Shown here: positions 10,211 through 21,481 of the stretch, piece after piece | Layout: the number at the start of each line of letters is the position of its first letter | Numbering within the stretch: position 1 is the first letter of the stretch | Virus record (IMG/VR): IMGVR_UViG_3300033145_001096 | Location: 650 to 64,649 of that record | DNA from: a virus | Length of the DNA stretch: 64,000 nucleotides | Strand: one strand, 5' to 3' | Notes under the pieces: generated by a model | Told to the model about the DNA's origin: nothing | Seen by the model: the letters and a program-made list of their open reading frames with translations, nothing else | Database searches by the model: none | Translations under genes and position numbers: made by a program

Positions 10211-12502
10211 TTATCCTAAATCCCATTTCATTGCCTCAAAAATTACTCTTATTTTGTTATGAATATTTCTTTCTTCCATCCTCGACCAATCTACATTTTT
10301 AATATGTCCTTTATTCTTTTTATCAAAAGCAATTACGTCTTTTAACTTACCTTTAACTTCTCTTTTTTCTCTTGTCATTCTTCCCGCTTTTTCTAAATGA
10401 GATAGGAGTTCTTCTTTTTTCCTCTGTTCCATATCTTTTGCTAATACTTTTTCACCAAAAAATTCTTTCCAAGGTTCTTTTAATTTAGAAGGTGTTAACT
10501 TTTCTCCATCAAGTAATTCTATTAGTTGCATTTTCGTATCATACTCTGTAGAATTTACATAAATATAGTAAAAATTATCACCCACCTTTTTACTAAAATT
10601 CTCAGTGTTGTTCATCGCACGAACGAAGATTGGGATGTTTTTATATTTTTCTAATGACATTCCTAATTTACATGGAACCGCTATATCTTCTAAAGGAGCA
10701 TTTTTTAAATCTGCTATTTGCGATTTTATCCAAGAAATAATTTCTTCTTTATCTACTTCGTCCATTATCTGCTTGATAAGTTCTTTTTGAAATTTCTTCA
10801 TAAATACTGTGCTATCTTTCCTTTTTATTTCTACTCCTTTTATTATTTTTTTAATCTCGCCATTTGGTTTGACTAATTCTCCTACGTATCTACACAAAGC
10901 AAGTATTAATATCTTCTTAAAATATCCTTCGAAGGTAAATTCAATTCCAATCTTTTCTTTCCCGAAAACTTCTTTTCCCCACTGTTGCACTAATTCGTTT
11001 AAAAATTTGTTTAAATTTTCTTTACTTTTAACCATTATTCCGTCTGTATCAAGATAAAGAAGTTCATAACCTTTCTCTTCGATTTTATCTTTAATATAAT
11101 GCAATAATGAACGCACAAGAAACGTAGTGGCAGATGCAACCTTTTTATTGTAAAGTCTGAAGAAACGATTTCCAAAAACACCATAACTCGAATTAACAAT
11201 TGATTTTATGGCATTATATTGCTGCTCCACATTTTTATAATCAAAGTCGTCAACTGACATTGTTGACAACTTTTGTTTAACGTTATTTTTTAAAGTCAAC
11301 AACTTATTAACAACTGTTGGTAGAATTGCATCCTCTTTTTGTTTAAAATAAGTTCCATTTATTTCGATGCAATTTTTTTGTTTTTGTAGTCTAATATTTA
11401 CAGGGTCAAGGCAAAAATCTTTTATGCTAAATGGGTAGGCTGAGATTAAATCGTATGCTCCAACGTCTTTAAGCAGACCTCTCTTAAACGCCTCTCTGTA
11501 AGCTCCTAAGTAGTCTTCTTTCTCAGATAAGGTTCCTCTGTCCTCACAAGGTTTCATAGGAAGAACTATATTTTGTTTTTTTGCTTCTGATAAAAGTAGA
11601 GAATCTATAATACGAGAAGGATAAGTTAAATCTTCCCACTCAACTTTAGAAAGTCTTCTTATTTCATCGAAGTAAGGTATAATTTGTTTTTGCTCTTCTA
11701 ATCTTACAAGCTGTTCCACATCAAGTTTATTTTTTTCTTTTATATCTTCAGATAATGTTCCAAAATCGAAATCTCCTTTTGGTTTATCTCCTAAATATTT
11801 TTGAGCAATATCATCTAATTTATAGGACTCTTCTCTATTTAAAGTTACATTTTTAAACCATGAATAATAATCGACTATAGCAACCCCTGCTGGATAATCT
11901 ACTTCACCACCATAACGAGTCTCGCTAATTGGACTAATTCTTTCAGCAAAGTCTGGGAATCTATTCGCTAAATACAGGTAATCGAAATTAACCATGTTCC
12001 ACGCCAATAACATATCAAACTTTTCTTTCTTTATATACTCAATAAAAGCGTCCATCATTTTATATTCTGATTCGTAATCTTTTAAATAATAAGTTTTATA
12101 TTCTTTACTAAAATTGTTATAAATTGTTATACAGGAAACAGGGTCTTTCGCTTCTGTTGCATCAGGCATTTCGGGTGATAAAGTTTCTATATCAAGCATA
12201 GCCCACTTTATAGGGCATTTCTCAAGATTATCAACCTTATCTATCATATACCTTTGAGTAAGAAACAAATCTGCCTCCCAAGCCTTATTTGTTCTATTTG
12301 CTCTTATATCTTTAGGATGAGAAACTATTATCTTCTTCACAGGAATACCAGTAACACTTTTAGTGCCAGTTATATCTTCATTCGAATTTTCATAATAATA
12401 AGGATAGAAGTCAGAAACTTTCTTTATAAACTGTCTACCTTCTTGGTCTCTTGTGAAAAGATATATTATACGTCCTTTATTAAATATATTTAAAAACTTC
12501 AT
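10211..12502 (-). CDS. DNA polymerase family B
   Basis: Exonuclease LDIET, AWNMVNFD; polymerase YDLISAYP, KSIVNSSYG, YLDTDG. Confidence 0.95.
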   Translation of the reverse strand: MKFLNIFNKGRIIYLFTRDQEGRQFIKKVSDFYPYYYENSNEDITGTKSVTGIPVKKIIVSHPKDIRANRTNKAWEADLFLTQRYMIDKVDNLEKCPIKWAMLDIETLSPEMPDATEAKDPVSCITIYNNFSKEYKTYYLKDYESEYKMMDAFIEYIKKEKFDMLLAWNMVNFDYLYLANRFPDFAERISPISETRYGGEVDYPAGVAIVDYYSWFKNVTLNREESYKLDDIAQKYLGDKPKGDFDFGTLSEDIKEKNKLDVEQLVRLEEQKQIIPYFDEIRRLSKVEWEDLTYPSRIIDSLLLSEAKKQNIVLPMKPCEDRGTLSEKEDYLGAYREAFKRGLLKDVGAYDLISAYPFSIKDFCLDPVNIRLQKQKNCIEINGTYFKQKEDAILPTVVNKLLTLKNNVKQKLSTMSVDDFDYKNVEQQYNAIKSIVNSSYGVFGNRFFRLYNKKVASATTFLVRSLLHYIKDKIEEKGYELLYLDTDGIMVKSKENLNKFLNELVQQWGKEVFGKEKIGIEFTFEGYFKKILILALCRYVGELVKPNGEIKKIIKGVEIKRKDSTVFMKKFQKELIKQIMDEVDKEEIISWIKSQIADLKNAPLEDIAVPCKLGMSLEKYKNIPIFVRAMNNTENFSKKVGDNFYYIYVNSTEYDTKMQLIELLDGEKLTPSKLKEPWKEFFGEKVLAKDMEQRKKEELLSHLEKAGRMTREKREVKGKLKDVIAFDKKNKGHIKNVDWSRMEERNIHNKIRVIFEAMKWDLG

Positions 12503-12816
12503 AAGAATTTCTCCAAATATTTTAAAGGTTCTTTTTCTATAATCATTTCTCTAAGATAAACTTCCCATGCGGGAAAACTATCTACCCATTCTCCACATTG
12601 TCCTTTTGAACCTTCTGGCAAATGGCATAGTGTGCAAATTATTTCACTACCCCAAAAATTTTTAGCAAATTCAATATCAAAAATTATAGAATAATATCTT
12701 TTATCTTCTAAAATAGATGGGTAAAGTATTATTCCATACGGATAACCTTTTACCTTACAAAGTGCTTTTTCCAATATTTCTTGATTAGTCATTTCTTTCT
12801 CCTGTTTATTTATCAA
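12499..12816 (-). CDS. Hypothetical protein
   Basis: ORF track, translationally coupled. Confidence 0.65.
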   Translation of the reverse strand: MINKQEKEMTNQEILEKALCKVKGYPYGIILYPSILEDKRYYSIIFDIEFAKNFWGSEIICTLCHLPEGSKGQCGEWVDSFPAWEVYLREMIIEKEPLKYLEKFL

Positions 12817-13933
12817 ATCTGATAGCTTTGCCCACAGGAAAGCGGGGCACGTTATCTTTAGATAATCCTTGAAATTGCACAGTAAGTTCTTTGCCCATAA
12901 ATTCTTTTGGATTTTTAAAATAATGTATCAGTAAATCTGTTACATCTTTTCCTTTTAATTTTGCTTTAAACGTTTCTCCATTTGAAAGTTCACATACAAA
13001 TGCTCCCACAGCTCCTGATAATTTACCTCTACCTTCTTCATATCCTACAATTTTAAATTCCTCTTCATCAAACTCTTTATATTTTAATAAATTGTAACTT
13101 CTTTTTTGTTCGTAAGGCGAACCTATATTTCGCACAATAATACCTTCGTAGCCTTGCTCAATATATTTGGAAAATAATTTTTTCATTTCATCTTCGTCTT
13201 CAACTACTTCTGTTTTCACTCTTACCAAAGAAGACGTTAATTTTCTACTATTAAATTCATCCAATCTATATTTATAAGGTATATTTTCTAATAACAAATT
13301 CTCTCCTGTCTTAATTCGAGGAAAGTCATAAATATAATATTGTATTTTTTCAGCAATAGATTTGTCCATATTCTTTTCTCTTCTAATACTTCCTCCTAAT
13401 TTATTAAAATCTGCATCATGAATATATAATTCCCCGTCAAAAATTTCTCCATTTTTCATAATAGCATTTAAATCTTTTTCTATATGTTGCATAGACTGAA
13501 TTCTTTTACCCGACCTAAAACATAATGTAACTTTATTATCATCTTTTCGACTGATACAGCGAATTCCGTCAAATTTGGCTTGACAATAACATGACCATTT
13601 AATTTTATGACCATGTTTTTTATAAGAATGGGCAAGCATTGGTAAATAACCACCAAACCCGCTTATTTTTTCCTTAGAAGATAACTCATCAATCGATTCT
13701 CTATAATCTTTCTCTTTCTTTCTTGTCCAGATTGCAAAAGCTTCTAATTCTGCTTGTTCTTCTGGCGAAGTTTCGTTGCTTCTTCCTATATTCTTTCCTT
13801 CTGTTATTTCTTCAGTTATATGTTGTTTCTTACCTTTTTGCAAACCGTATACCTTATGTATAACGTTTCCTTTTACAAAAATTTCCCATTCCTGAATACA
13901 TCCTTTTGATGTTATTTTAAATAACTTTTTCAT
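12806..13933 (-). CDS. lig: ATP-dependent DNA ligase
   Basis: PMLAH, QAKFDGIRC, DGELY, YDFP, EGIIVR, LLKYK, RFP motifs. Confidence 0.93.
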   Translation of the reverse strand: MKKLFKITSKGCIQEWEIFVKGNVIHKVYGLQKGKKQHITEEITEGKNIGRSNETSPEEQAELEAFAIWTRKKEKDYRESIDELSSKEKISGFGGYLPMLAHSYKKHGHKIKWSCYCQAKFDGIRCISRKDDNKVTLCFRSGKRIQSMQHIEKDLNAIMKNGEIFDGELYIHDADFNKLGGSIRREKNMDKSIAEKIQYYIYDFPRIKTGENLLLENIPYKYRLDEFNSRKLTSSLVRVKTEVVEDEDEMKKLFSKYIEQGYEGIIVRNIGSPYEQKRSYNLLKYKEFDEEEFKIVGYEEGRGKLSGAVGAFVCELSNGETFKAKLKGKDVTDLLIHYFKNPKEFMGKELTVQFQGLSKDNVPRFPVGKAIRFDK

Positions 13934-14172
13934 TATTTAACCCCTCTTTTTCTATACTTTCCATCGCCTTTTTTGACAAGTCTTTTCCGTATTCGTTTTA
14001 TTCTTTCTCTGCGTAATTTTCTCATTTTTTTAAGATGTCTCATAATAATCACCTTTTTTTGTAATATTTTTATAAGGAGTTTTTTTCCTACTTATAATCA
14101 TTCCAAGTTCAATGTCTATTTTCACCCACATTTTAGTTTTTGGATTCTGTAATTGAACATATCTATTGTTTT

Positions 14173-14544
14173 TCATAATTTCTCTCCAGAAGGTTTGTTA
14201 TTTTTATATTCACAAACAAATATCTTTAACTCTTTCTTTTTAGCAAGTTCTATCATCATTTTAGTTCCTTTAGATATACCATCCCAGATTGCAATTAAAG
14301 CATCTGCATATTCTGCCATTTGTATATTTCTTATATAACCTGCTCCTTTTCCATATTTATCCCAATTAGCTGGAAATAATTTTAACTTTATATTGTTCTC
14401 TTTTGCAAATCTTTCCCCCAATTTATCCACACCTCTCGCATTACCTGATACTATTTCACTAATATCAAAATTAGATTTTTTTATTGTATTGACTATAATG
14501 TTATAATTATTTATATTTCTACTCCCCGCTATTATAATCTTCAT
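14173..14544 (-). CDS. Stand-alone SLOG-superfamily (DUF2493/YspA-like) protein
   Basis: IIIAGSR, VSGNARGVD, AGYIRN.QMA, WDGISKGT. Confidence 0.8.
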   Translation of the reverse strand: MKIIIAGSRNINNYNIIVNTIKKSNFDISEIVSGNARGVDKLGERFAKENNIKLKLFPANWDKYGKGAGYIRNIQMAEYADALIAIWDGISKGTKMMIELAKKKELKIFVCEYKNNKPSGEKL

Positions 14545-14945
14545 AATTCCAACATACCTTTCTTTTTAAGTTCATCTAAAGTATAAGCTAATTTATTAAC
14601 TATTTTGCCACCCTGTCTAATTCTTTCTATATCATCAGCATTGATGTTTCCTTCTTCTACATATGCGGATTCAATCATTACAGAATTTTCTAAGGCAAAG
14701 AATCTATGTTTTAATTTAGGGCGGATTTCAAAGCTTTCATTTGCTTTGAGAATAACATCTCCATATTCGGATTGTATTTGAATTTTTCCAGAAATAACAG
14801 TAAATTTATTTATTTTTTTGTTATGTAAATGCAAAGAACAAAACGAATCCTTCTTAACATAAAGTAAATCTATCTCGGAAGTATCAGTAAGAAGTAACCT
14901 TCTTCTTGTCCCCCACACCTTAAATACATTTGAATAATCGCTCAT
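14541..14945 (-). CDS. Cupin-domain protein
   Basis: CSLHLHNKK...F.V.SG...HRF...E cupin pattern. Confidence 0.7.
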   Translation of the reverse strand: MSDYSNVFKVWGTRRRLLLTDTSEIDLLYVKKDSFCSLHLHNKKINKFTVISGKIQIQSEYGDVILKANESFEIRPKLKHRFFALENSVMIESAYVEEGNINADDIERIRQGGKIVNKLAYTLDELKKKGMLEL

Positions 14946-15186
14946 AACTTCTCCTTAAAGTATTAACGAAACAATTTCTAATTAATACACATATTATAAA
15001 TAGTATTTTCAATTTATCTCTACCTGTAATTTAATAGATTTGTTATCTCTTCCTAAATCCACTATTTTGTTAGACATGATTATTTCATTAACATTTGTAT
15101 CAGTTTTTCTTTCAAATTGATTTACTAATTCTTTAATCTTAAATTCAATTCTTATTTTTTCTTCTCTTACTTCTTTTATATCCATT

Positions 15187-15453
15187 TTATTTATCCTCTC
15201 TAATTAAATCCATTAAAATATCAAATTTACCTTGATAATAAGCTATAGCATAATCTTTACTTGGGAATTTATCAATATTTCTATCAGATGGTATTAGAGT
15301 TAATAAATAATTAAAATATTTTTCCCATTTATCAAAAGCTCTATTATAATCATAATCAGATTCGCTTCCTTTATAATATTCCCAAAACATGAAACCAGTT
15401 AAATTATCTTTAATATATTTTCTTTTAACTTCTTTTTTCATAGGTTTATTCAT
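15187..15453 (-). CDS. Hypothetical protein
   Basis: ORF track. Confidence 0.6.
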   Translation of the reverse strand: MNKPMKKEVKRKYIKDNLTGFMFWEYYKGSESDYDYNRAFDKWEKYFNYLLTLIPSDRNIDKFPSKDYAIAYYQGKFDILMDLIREDK

Positions 15454-15465
15454 AAATAAACGTCC

Positions 15466-15918
15466 TTATTCTGTAGATGGATTTGATTGCTGTTCAATTA
15501 ATGTAGTTTTAAGTATAGATTGTAATACTGTTATTCTTCTACTACATCCGCTTTCATAAGCTTGCACTATATTTCTTATTCTTCTATATTCTGCAACGTG
15601 AAGAGATGCCTCTCTATCTGTCTGAGCAGATACAAATTTCTTACTCTCTGCCTCTGCTTTAATCTTAGCTTCTGCGTAATAACGAACCTCACGATTCCTG
15701 TATTCAGTCTCAGCAATACCCAATACAACTCTTAAATGTCCATAAGCAACAGATAACTCGTTAATTGCTTTCTTCAACTCCTCTGCATTATCATTTATAT
15801 CAGATAAAGAATAATCTAACCATTTTTCTACTATTTCCATATCCTTTTCTAAATCTTGTAGAACAAGGTCAACGGTCTTTTCATCTTTAAATAATTCTTC
15901 AAGCTCTCTTATTCTCAT
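15466..15918 (-). CDS. Helical protein, possibly UvsY-like recombination mediator
   Basis: Coiled-coil pattern, size and position next to recA; function inferred only. Confidence 0.3.
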   Translation of the reverse strand: MRIRELEELFKDEKTVDLVLQDLEKDMEIVEKWLDYSLSDINDNAEELKKAINELSVAYGHLRVVLGIAETEYRNREVRYYAEAKIKAEAESKKFVSAQTDREASLHVAEYRRIRNIVQAYESGCSRRITVLQSILKTTLIEQQSNPSTE

Positions 15919-16254
15919 TTTATCTCTCCTTTTTTAAAGTTACATAAAATTCTTCCCAAGACAATAATTTATCATAAACTTCTTTTAATTCTACAGTAGC
16001 ACATAAACCTTCATATATTTCTTTTGTTATTTTTTTATTATTCCAATAATAGATGTATTTATCTTTTCTTGTTACCATCTTTTTTCGCCTCTTGGTCTTG
16101 TCATTTTTATTATATCGCCTTTAACAATAGCACCGCAATCAGCACATTTAGGTGGAGGTGGTGAATTCACCCCATACCAAGCACCTTCGTATCCTATAAC
16201 ATCTCCTCCGCATATTGAACAAGTTCCTATTCTTTTTTCCATCTTATTTCTCCT

Positions 16255-17229
16255 TTATTTGTTGAGTTTAAAAATCTCTTTTTCAATCTTATCCCAATCT
16301 TTATCAGTAAGTTCCTTTATCATGTTATCTTTGCCAACTACTTTTTTGTCTCCGAAAGTATAAGTTTTGCCATTAAGGTTAACAATATTATATTTAACAG
16401 CAGCAAAGAATAAACTTTTTTTATTATCTACATCTCCATTTGTATAAAAATCCAATACTGCTCTTCTAAATGCAGTGCCTTTCTTATTCTTCTTACCAAA
16501 TAAATTTATCTCCATGCCTATTCGTTCTTTCTTATCACCACTGCCTATATCAATAGGTTTACCAGCTCTAAACTGAACTCTACTATCATAAAGATGCCTT
16601 AACGCCCTACCCCCTGGAGTATGTTCAGGATTCCCATACATTACTCCTACTTTCTCTCTCATTTGATTTATAAAAATAATAGAAGTTTTATATTTTTTTC
16701 TTACCTTATTAATTTTCCTGCACATTGGCGAAAATACTTTAGATTGACTCGCCATGTTTTTATCGCTTAAAGTTTTATTTATCTCTTCTTCAGGAACTAA
16801 AGCAGCCACGCTGTCTATAATTATTAAATCAAACTCTGGAATAGAGTCTAATAACGCTTCCCCCGCATCTTCTAAGCTTTCTGGATGGATAATTAGAAGA
16901 TTATCATTGTCTACCCCGCATATCTCTGCCCATTTCGGGTCATAGCCTCCTTCTGCATTTATAAATGCACAAGTCTTATCTAAAGATTGATATTTCTTTA
17001 TTACATGTAAACAAAAGGTAGTCTTACCTGAAGATTCTCCACCATAAAATTCCATTATATGCCCACCTGCAAATTGAGAAATTCCTCCGTCAAGCACATA
17101 GTCAAGAGCGTATACCCCAGTTCTAATCTTAGGCTCAACAACAATATCAGATGCTTTATGAACAGTGTATTTTCTTTCCATTTCTTTGAGAAGTTTGTTT
17201 AATTTTTCGTTTTTTGGTTTTTTATCCAT
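16255..17229 (-). CDS. recA: RecA/UvsX recombinase
   Basis: GGESSGKTT, IIIDSVAAL, IFINQMREKVGVMYGNPE..PGGRAL. Confidence 0.95.
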   Translation of the reverse strand: MDKKPKNEKLNKLLKEMERKYTVHKASDIVVEPKIRTGVYALDYVLDGGISQFAGGHIMEFYGGESSGKTTFCLHVIKKYQSLDKTCAFINAEGGYDPKWAEICGVDNDNLLIIHPESLEDAGEALLDSIPEFDLIIIDSVAALVPEEEINKTLSDKNMASQSKVFSPMCRKINKVRKKYKTSIIFINQMREKVGVMYGNPEHTPGGRALRHLYDSRVQFRAGKPIDIGSGDKKERIGMEINLFGKKNKKGTAFRRAVLDFYTNGDVDNKKSLFFAAVKYNIVNLNGKTYTFGDKKVVGKDNMIKELTDKDWDKIEKEIFKLNK

Positions 17230-17235
17230 AATAAT

Positions 17236-17705
17236 TTACTCCTTTACATTTTCACAAATAAATTCTTCACATATATCCCAGGGATTCTTTTTCTTTTTAT
17301 GAAATCTACACCACCCATTGGCAGCATTTATCGCCCCTTTGAAAGTTTTATTATCTTCTATTAAATCTTTGCCATTGTAATCAAAGTATTTACAACAATC
17401 ACAAACATCACAATATTTCTCACATTCTTTAGAGCAATGTTTCTTTCTTTTTAAATAACGATTAAGTAAAATAAACTGCAAAATTTCATTAATGCTTTCC
17501 ATTATTTTTCTCCTGTAATGCTAATTAAGTTTGATTTCTTTATATTACATAATCTACAAACAGCATATATCCATCCTATTATCATTAAAGGAAGAGGTAT
17601 TAAATCTCCAAAATGAATACTTAGCATAATCATAATAGTTAATTGCGGACAAAATATAAACCCTAATCCATACCATATCCAATGAAAATCAGTAATATAA
17701 TTCAT
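17236..17705 (-). other. Two small hypothetical CDS (17236-17502 Cys-rich; 17502-17705 membrane)
   Basis: ORF track. Confidence 0.6.
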
Positions 17706-17706
17706 T

Positions 17707-18282
17707 TTAATTCTCCCTTGTTAATCCAGCTAAAGCAAGCACAACCGCATCTGCCTTATCATTATCAGTTAATTTCAATTCTATTCCTAATGCAGCATTT
17801 ACATAAGAAATAATTTCTTTTTTTAAATAAGGTCCTTTTACACTTTTATCTGATTTCTTAAATTTAATCTTTCTTCTTGCTGTTGTAGGTAATTCAAAAT
17901 GACATTCTTGAGAACATCCTCTTAAACGTTCGTATACCAAGATACCGAATCGAGCGAGCGATTTAAGTGTTTTAACATTTTTCCCAAAGAAACAATCTTC
18001 GATAACAACTTTATTTAAATTAATATATGATATAATTTCTCTTTTAATTTGGTCAATTTGTTCCAAAAACGAATCTGCACTTAACAAAAAGTTTTTATTA
18101 TTCTTAGGAACCTTAATAACATCTAATCTCTCTACAATTAAATAAGAATCGGTAGTTCTTATTAATGCTAATCCTGTAGAATGCATAGATACATCTACTC
18201 CTAATATAACTTTATTACGAGCTAAATTCACTTCTAAAAAAGCTTCTACAGTATTAATCTTTATTTTTTTAAGAGGTTTCAT
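17707..18282 (-). CDS. ruvC: RuvC-like Holliday junction resolvase
   Basis: LGVDVSMHSTG, VVIEDCF, DKADAVVLA; start taken at the ATG overlapping the upstream stop. Confidence 0.85.
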   Translation of the reverse strand: MKPLKKIKINTVEAFLEVNLARNKVILGVDVSMHSTGLALIRTTDSYLIVERLDVIKVPKNNKNFLLSADSFLEQIDQIKREIISYINLNKVVIEDCFFGKNVKTLKSLARFGILVYERLRGCSQECHFELPTTARRKIKFKKSDKSVKGPYLKKEIISYVNAALGIELKLTDNDKADAVVLALAGLTREN

Positions 18283-18866
18283 TTCCAATTCTCCATTATA
18301 TAAATATAATATGCATACCAATAGCCTCTATTTCCGTTAGTTTTCATATGGCATATCTGGCATAAACTTATTAAATTATTTAAGTTTAAATTCTCTTTAA
18401 CATAATCAACATGATGAACGTCTAATGCTTTTCCATTTTCTTTTTGAGTGCGATTGCATTCAGGATTTTGACAAGTATAATTATCCCTTTCTCTTATTTG
18501 TTCTTTTAATTTTTTTGTCCAAGTAGTTGGATATGGTTCGAAAGATTTACCATTTTCCCAACGAGGATGTTTTGTTCGGTCTTTAAATCGTTCTTTCCAA
18601 AACTTACTCATTTTTTGCTTAGTCGCAATTGAAAATATTTTACCTGTTAACGCTTTTGACACCGATTTACTAATTCGCTGCTTGTGTATTATTGTTAATT
18701 TTTTTCCAGTATGAGACTTACTCATTTTTTGTTTGGCTTTTTCTGTATGTCCAAATTTATCATGACAATATATCGAACAAAAGATTCTCTTAGCATGTTT
18801 ATAACTTTCAAAGCTCTTGCCACAATACAAACAATTTTTAATTATTAGCTTAACTTTTATTCTCAT
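18279..18866 (-). CDS. HNH homing endonuclease with NUMOD-type repeats
   Basis: RERDNYTCQ...DVHHVDY...NLISLCQICH. Confidence 0.85.
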   Translation of the reverse strand: MRIKVKLIIKNCLYCGKSFESYKHAKRIFCSIYCHDKFGHTEKAKQKMSKSHTGKKLTIIHKQRISKSVSKALTGKIFSIATKQKMSKFWKERFKDRTKHPRWENGKSFEPYPTTWTKKLKEQIRERDNYTCQNPECNRTQKENGKALDVHHVDYVKENLNLNNLISLCQICHMKTNGNRGYWYAYYIYIMENWK

Positions 18867-20742
18867 CTTCTTCCTTTTGTAATTCTTTTATAAGTTTCAA
18901 TTCTTTAGTATTCCAGTCATATCGACAAGGCAAAGGACATAACCCGCCTTTGTATTTGGCATCTCTGTTTTTATCTATTCTATATTCTCCAAACTCTCCT
19001 GTTTCATCATCGCTGTATACATATCTACAAGCGAATGCAGGGAATTGTTTAATTAAATCTTTTGCTAACCACTCGTTGTTGTCTCGCAACTGAACAAAAA
19101 CAATAGCAATTCCTTTTGTTTTTTGTAATTTTTCTGTAAAATATTTAAGAAGTTTATCTGTTTCTGCATAATTATTGGGGCATAACCAATCCACAATTGT
19201 AATAGCATTATTTTCCAATTCGATTTTGTTTGAATCTGCTATTTCGTCCCACTTGAAATCTCCTTCTTTCAATCCAAGTTGTAGAGCTATTTTACTCCAT
19301 CTACTGCCAGACTCAAGAGATACATAATAAGGGTTTTTATTTTGTTTTACAAGTTTTTTTACTATATTCATCGATATATGGGTTTTCCCAGCCGAGTTTT
19401 TACTACCAATTAAAATCAAATCTCCATAATTAAAATTCATAATATCATCAAAATAAGGCATTTTAAAATCTATTGGAATTCCTATATTTATTAAATTTGT
19501 TTTCCAATCTGCTTTAGTAACAGTAGAATAATTTGCTCTATTCTTAACAATAACCTCTTCCTTTACCAAATAACCTAATACTTTATCAACTCTCTTTTTA
19601 TCTTCTCCTCTATTTGTTCCTACTACTGCCATAGCAATTTCTGTTCTATTTGCTTCTTCAACATGCTTTAAATAATCAATTATTTCTTTCGCTAAAACAG
19701 ACTCATCCATAGTCACATATTTATTAAGCTGTCTAAGCATATCGTTGATTGTTTTAGGTGACATAGGTTTTTCTAATAAATGTTTATTTAAAATATGAAG
19801 AACTTGTCCTGTTTGTTTTATAGGTAAGATTTTACGGATTACTCCACCCAACTTAGTAAATTCAGTATTACAGCATCCCTCTAACCCATTATTTTTTAAT
19901 TGTAAGTCTTTTGGGTTAATTTTAAAATTTTCTTTTTCTATTGCTTCTCTAATACCTTCGCTGTAAGTTTTTTGTGGAATTGTAACTTTACTTTTTATCA
20001 GTTTCTTTAATTCATCTGGCATTTTTATTATAGAATTAAAAGTTAACTTTCTTTTTATTCCATTTATTAAACTCGGCGAAATAACCACCTGTCCCCCGTC
20101 ATTTTCCAAATCTATTTTGTATTCGTCTATTCTCGTTTTAGGTAAATCTTCTTCATATTTATAAAAAAGATGCCAACCATTTGTGCTCTCTTGTATAAGA
20201 GTTTTTCCCATAATTTTTTTAATTGCTTCTGGTATAGGCTTTTGGTCCACGTCTAAAATTGTAACTCCACTCATTTTCCCTGTTTTCACCCCAATATTTA
20301 ATCCATCAGCCAACCACCTACGCCACTCATCTATATCTTTATGATTCTTAGTCGTCCACGCTGTCTCAATAGGAATCTTCTGATTTTTTGCAATAGCAAC
20401 CAAATCAAAATTATTCTCTTCATAAAACTTTAACAACTTCTCAGTATTATCTTCATCTATCTTTGTCACCATTTCTATTTTCAATAATTCTTTCAAATAA
20501 TGTATTTGTTCTATTTCTTTTGAAGGAAATTTATTTTCTAATTTTTTAGCCAAATCAAAAATATCATAATTTTTCTTACAAGCGTGGCAATTGAATTTGT
20601 TGACGTTTGGTATCTTAATACATAATTGTTCAGCCTTACAAAAAACACAATCAATTAAAAGAGTAGGTCCTCTTTTTGTTATCTTTATTCCTTTTAATTT
20701 CAAATATTCTAATAGCTTGTTTTCGATAATTATTCTATTCAT
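18850..20742 (-). CDS. Primase (prim-pol) - helicase fusion
   Basis: N-terminal CxxC...CxxC, NIGVKTG...ILDVD...GWHLFY prim-pol motifs, C-terminal P-loop GSKNSAGKT; start at ATG 20742 coupled to the upstream HNH stop. Confidence 0.8.
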   Translation of the reverse strand: MNRIIIENKLLEYLKLKGIKITKRGPTLLIDCVFCKAEQLCIKIPNVNKFNCHACKKNYDIFDLAKKLENKFPSKEIEQIHYLKELLKIEMVTKIDEDNTEKLLKFYEENNFDLVAIAKNQKIPIETAWTTKNHKDIDEWRRWLADGLNIGVKTGKMSGVTILDVDQKPIPEAIKKIMGKTLIQESTNGWHLFYKYEEDLPKTRIDEYKIDLENDGGQVVISPSLINGIKRKLTFNSIIKMPDELKKLIKSKVTIPQKTYSEGIREAIEKENFKINPKDLQLKNNGLEGCCNTEFTKLGGVIRKILPIKQTGQVLHILNKHLLEKPMSPKTINDMLRQLNKYVTMDESVLAKEIIDYLKHVEEANRTEIAMAVVGTNRGEDKKRVDKVLGYLVKEEVIVKNRANYSTVTKADWKTNLINIGIPIDFKMPYFDDIMNFNYGDLILIGSKNSAGKTHISMNIVKKLVKQNKNPYYVSLESGSRWSKIALQLGLKEGDFKWDEIADSNKIELENNAITIVDWLCPNNYAETDKLLKYFTEKLQKTKGIAIVFVQLRDNNEWLAKDLIKQFPAFACRYVYSDDETGEFGEYRIDKNRDAKYKGGLCPLPCRYDWNTKELKLIKELQKEEDENKS

Positions 20743-21481
20743 TAATTTTCTCCATAGTATAAGTATAGTAAGCATACCAATAATCTCTTTGATTAGAAGC
20801 ATTTACGTTGCAGTTTTTGCAGAGAGTTATTAAGTTATATTCGTTACAGTTTTCTTTATCATAGTTGATATGATGAATTTCTAATACCTTGTTATATTTC
20901 TTTAAATGCTCTTCTTCTGTTAATTTGCATTCTGAATTTTGGCAAATGAAACTATCTCTTTTGCGGATTTTATTTTTTAATTTTTGTGTAAATTTTGTGG
21001 TATAAGGTAATCTTCCTAAGCCGTCTTTATATCTATAATGATTTTTACCCGTGTGATTTTTTCTATATTCTTCGTCTTTCCACATATTTTTATAACTACA
21101 AGAACGACATCTACCAGAACCATAAACTCCAGACCACATTGTTATTTCTGCCCCGCAATCTATACAATAATATTGTTTATTAGTTCTTCCGTCTATATAA
21201 GAAGGGTGTAATTTACCTTTTTTTGGGAATGTTTTTTTTCTTTCTATCTTTGTGCAAATATATTTTTGAGAACAAGAACGACATCTTTTATGTTGGTAAT
21301 TGCTAATTTTAACTCCGCAGTCGATGCAGTAATTCGCATTTTTACTTCTGCCATCTATATATCTGGGATGGTTTTTTGGATTTTTATAAAATTCTTTCAT
21401 AATACAACTTTTACATAGATTACTTTTGCTGTAACCTTTAGTTCTTCTTCCGCAGAGTTTACATTTAAATTTATTTTTCAT
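20735..21481 (-). CDS. HNH homing endonuclease with repeated CIDCG zinc fingers
   Basis: RKRDSFICQ...EIHHINY...NLITLCKNCN. Confidence 0.85.
   Translation of the reverse strand: MKNKFKCKLCGRRTKGYSKSNLCKSCIMKEFYKNPKNHPRYIDGRSKNANYCIDCGVKISNYQHKRCRSCSQKYICTKIERKKTFPKKGKLHPSYIDGRTNKQYYCIDCGAEITMWSGVYGSGRCRSCSYKNMWKDEEYRKNHTGKNHYRYKDGLGRLPYTTKFTQKLKNKIRKRDSFICQNSECKLTEEEHLKKYNKVLEIHHINYDKENCNEYNLITLCKNCNVNASNQRDYWYAYYTYTMEKINE

Noticed and set aside
14423-14431. Perfect DnaA box TTATCCACA
   Set aside because: Single copy inside a coding sequence (encodes part of GVDK).
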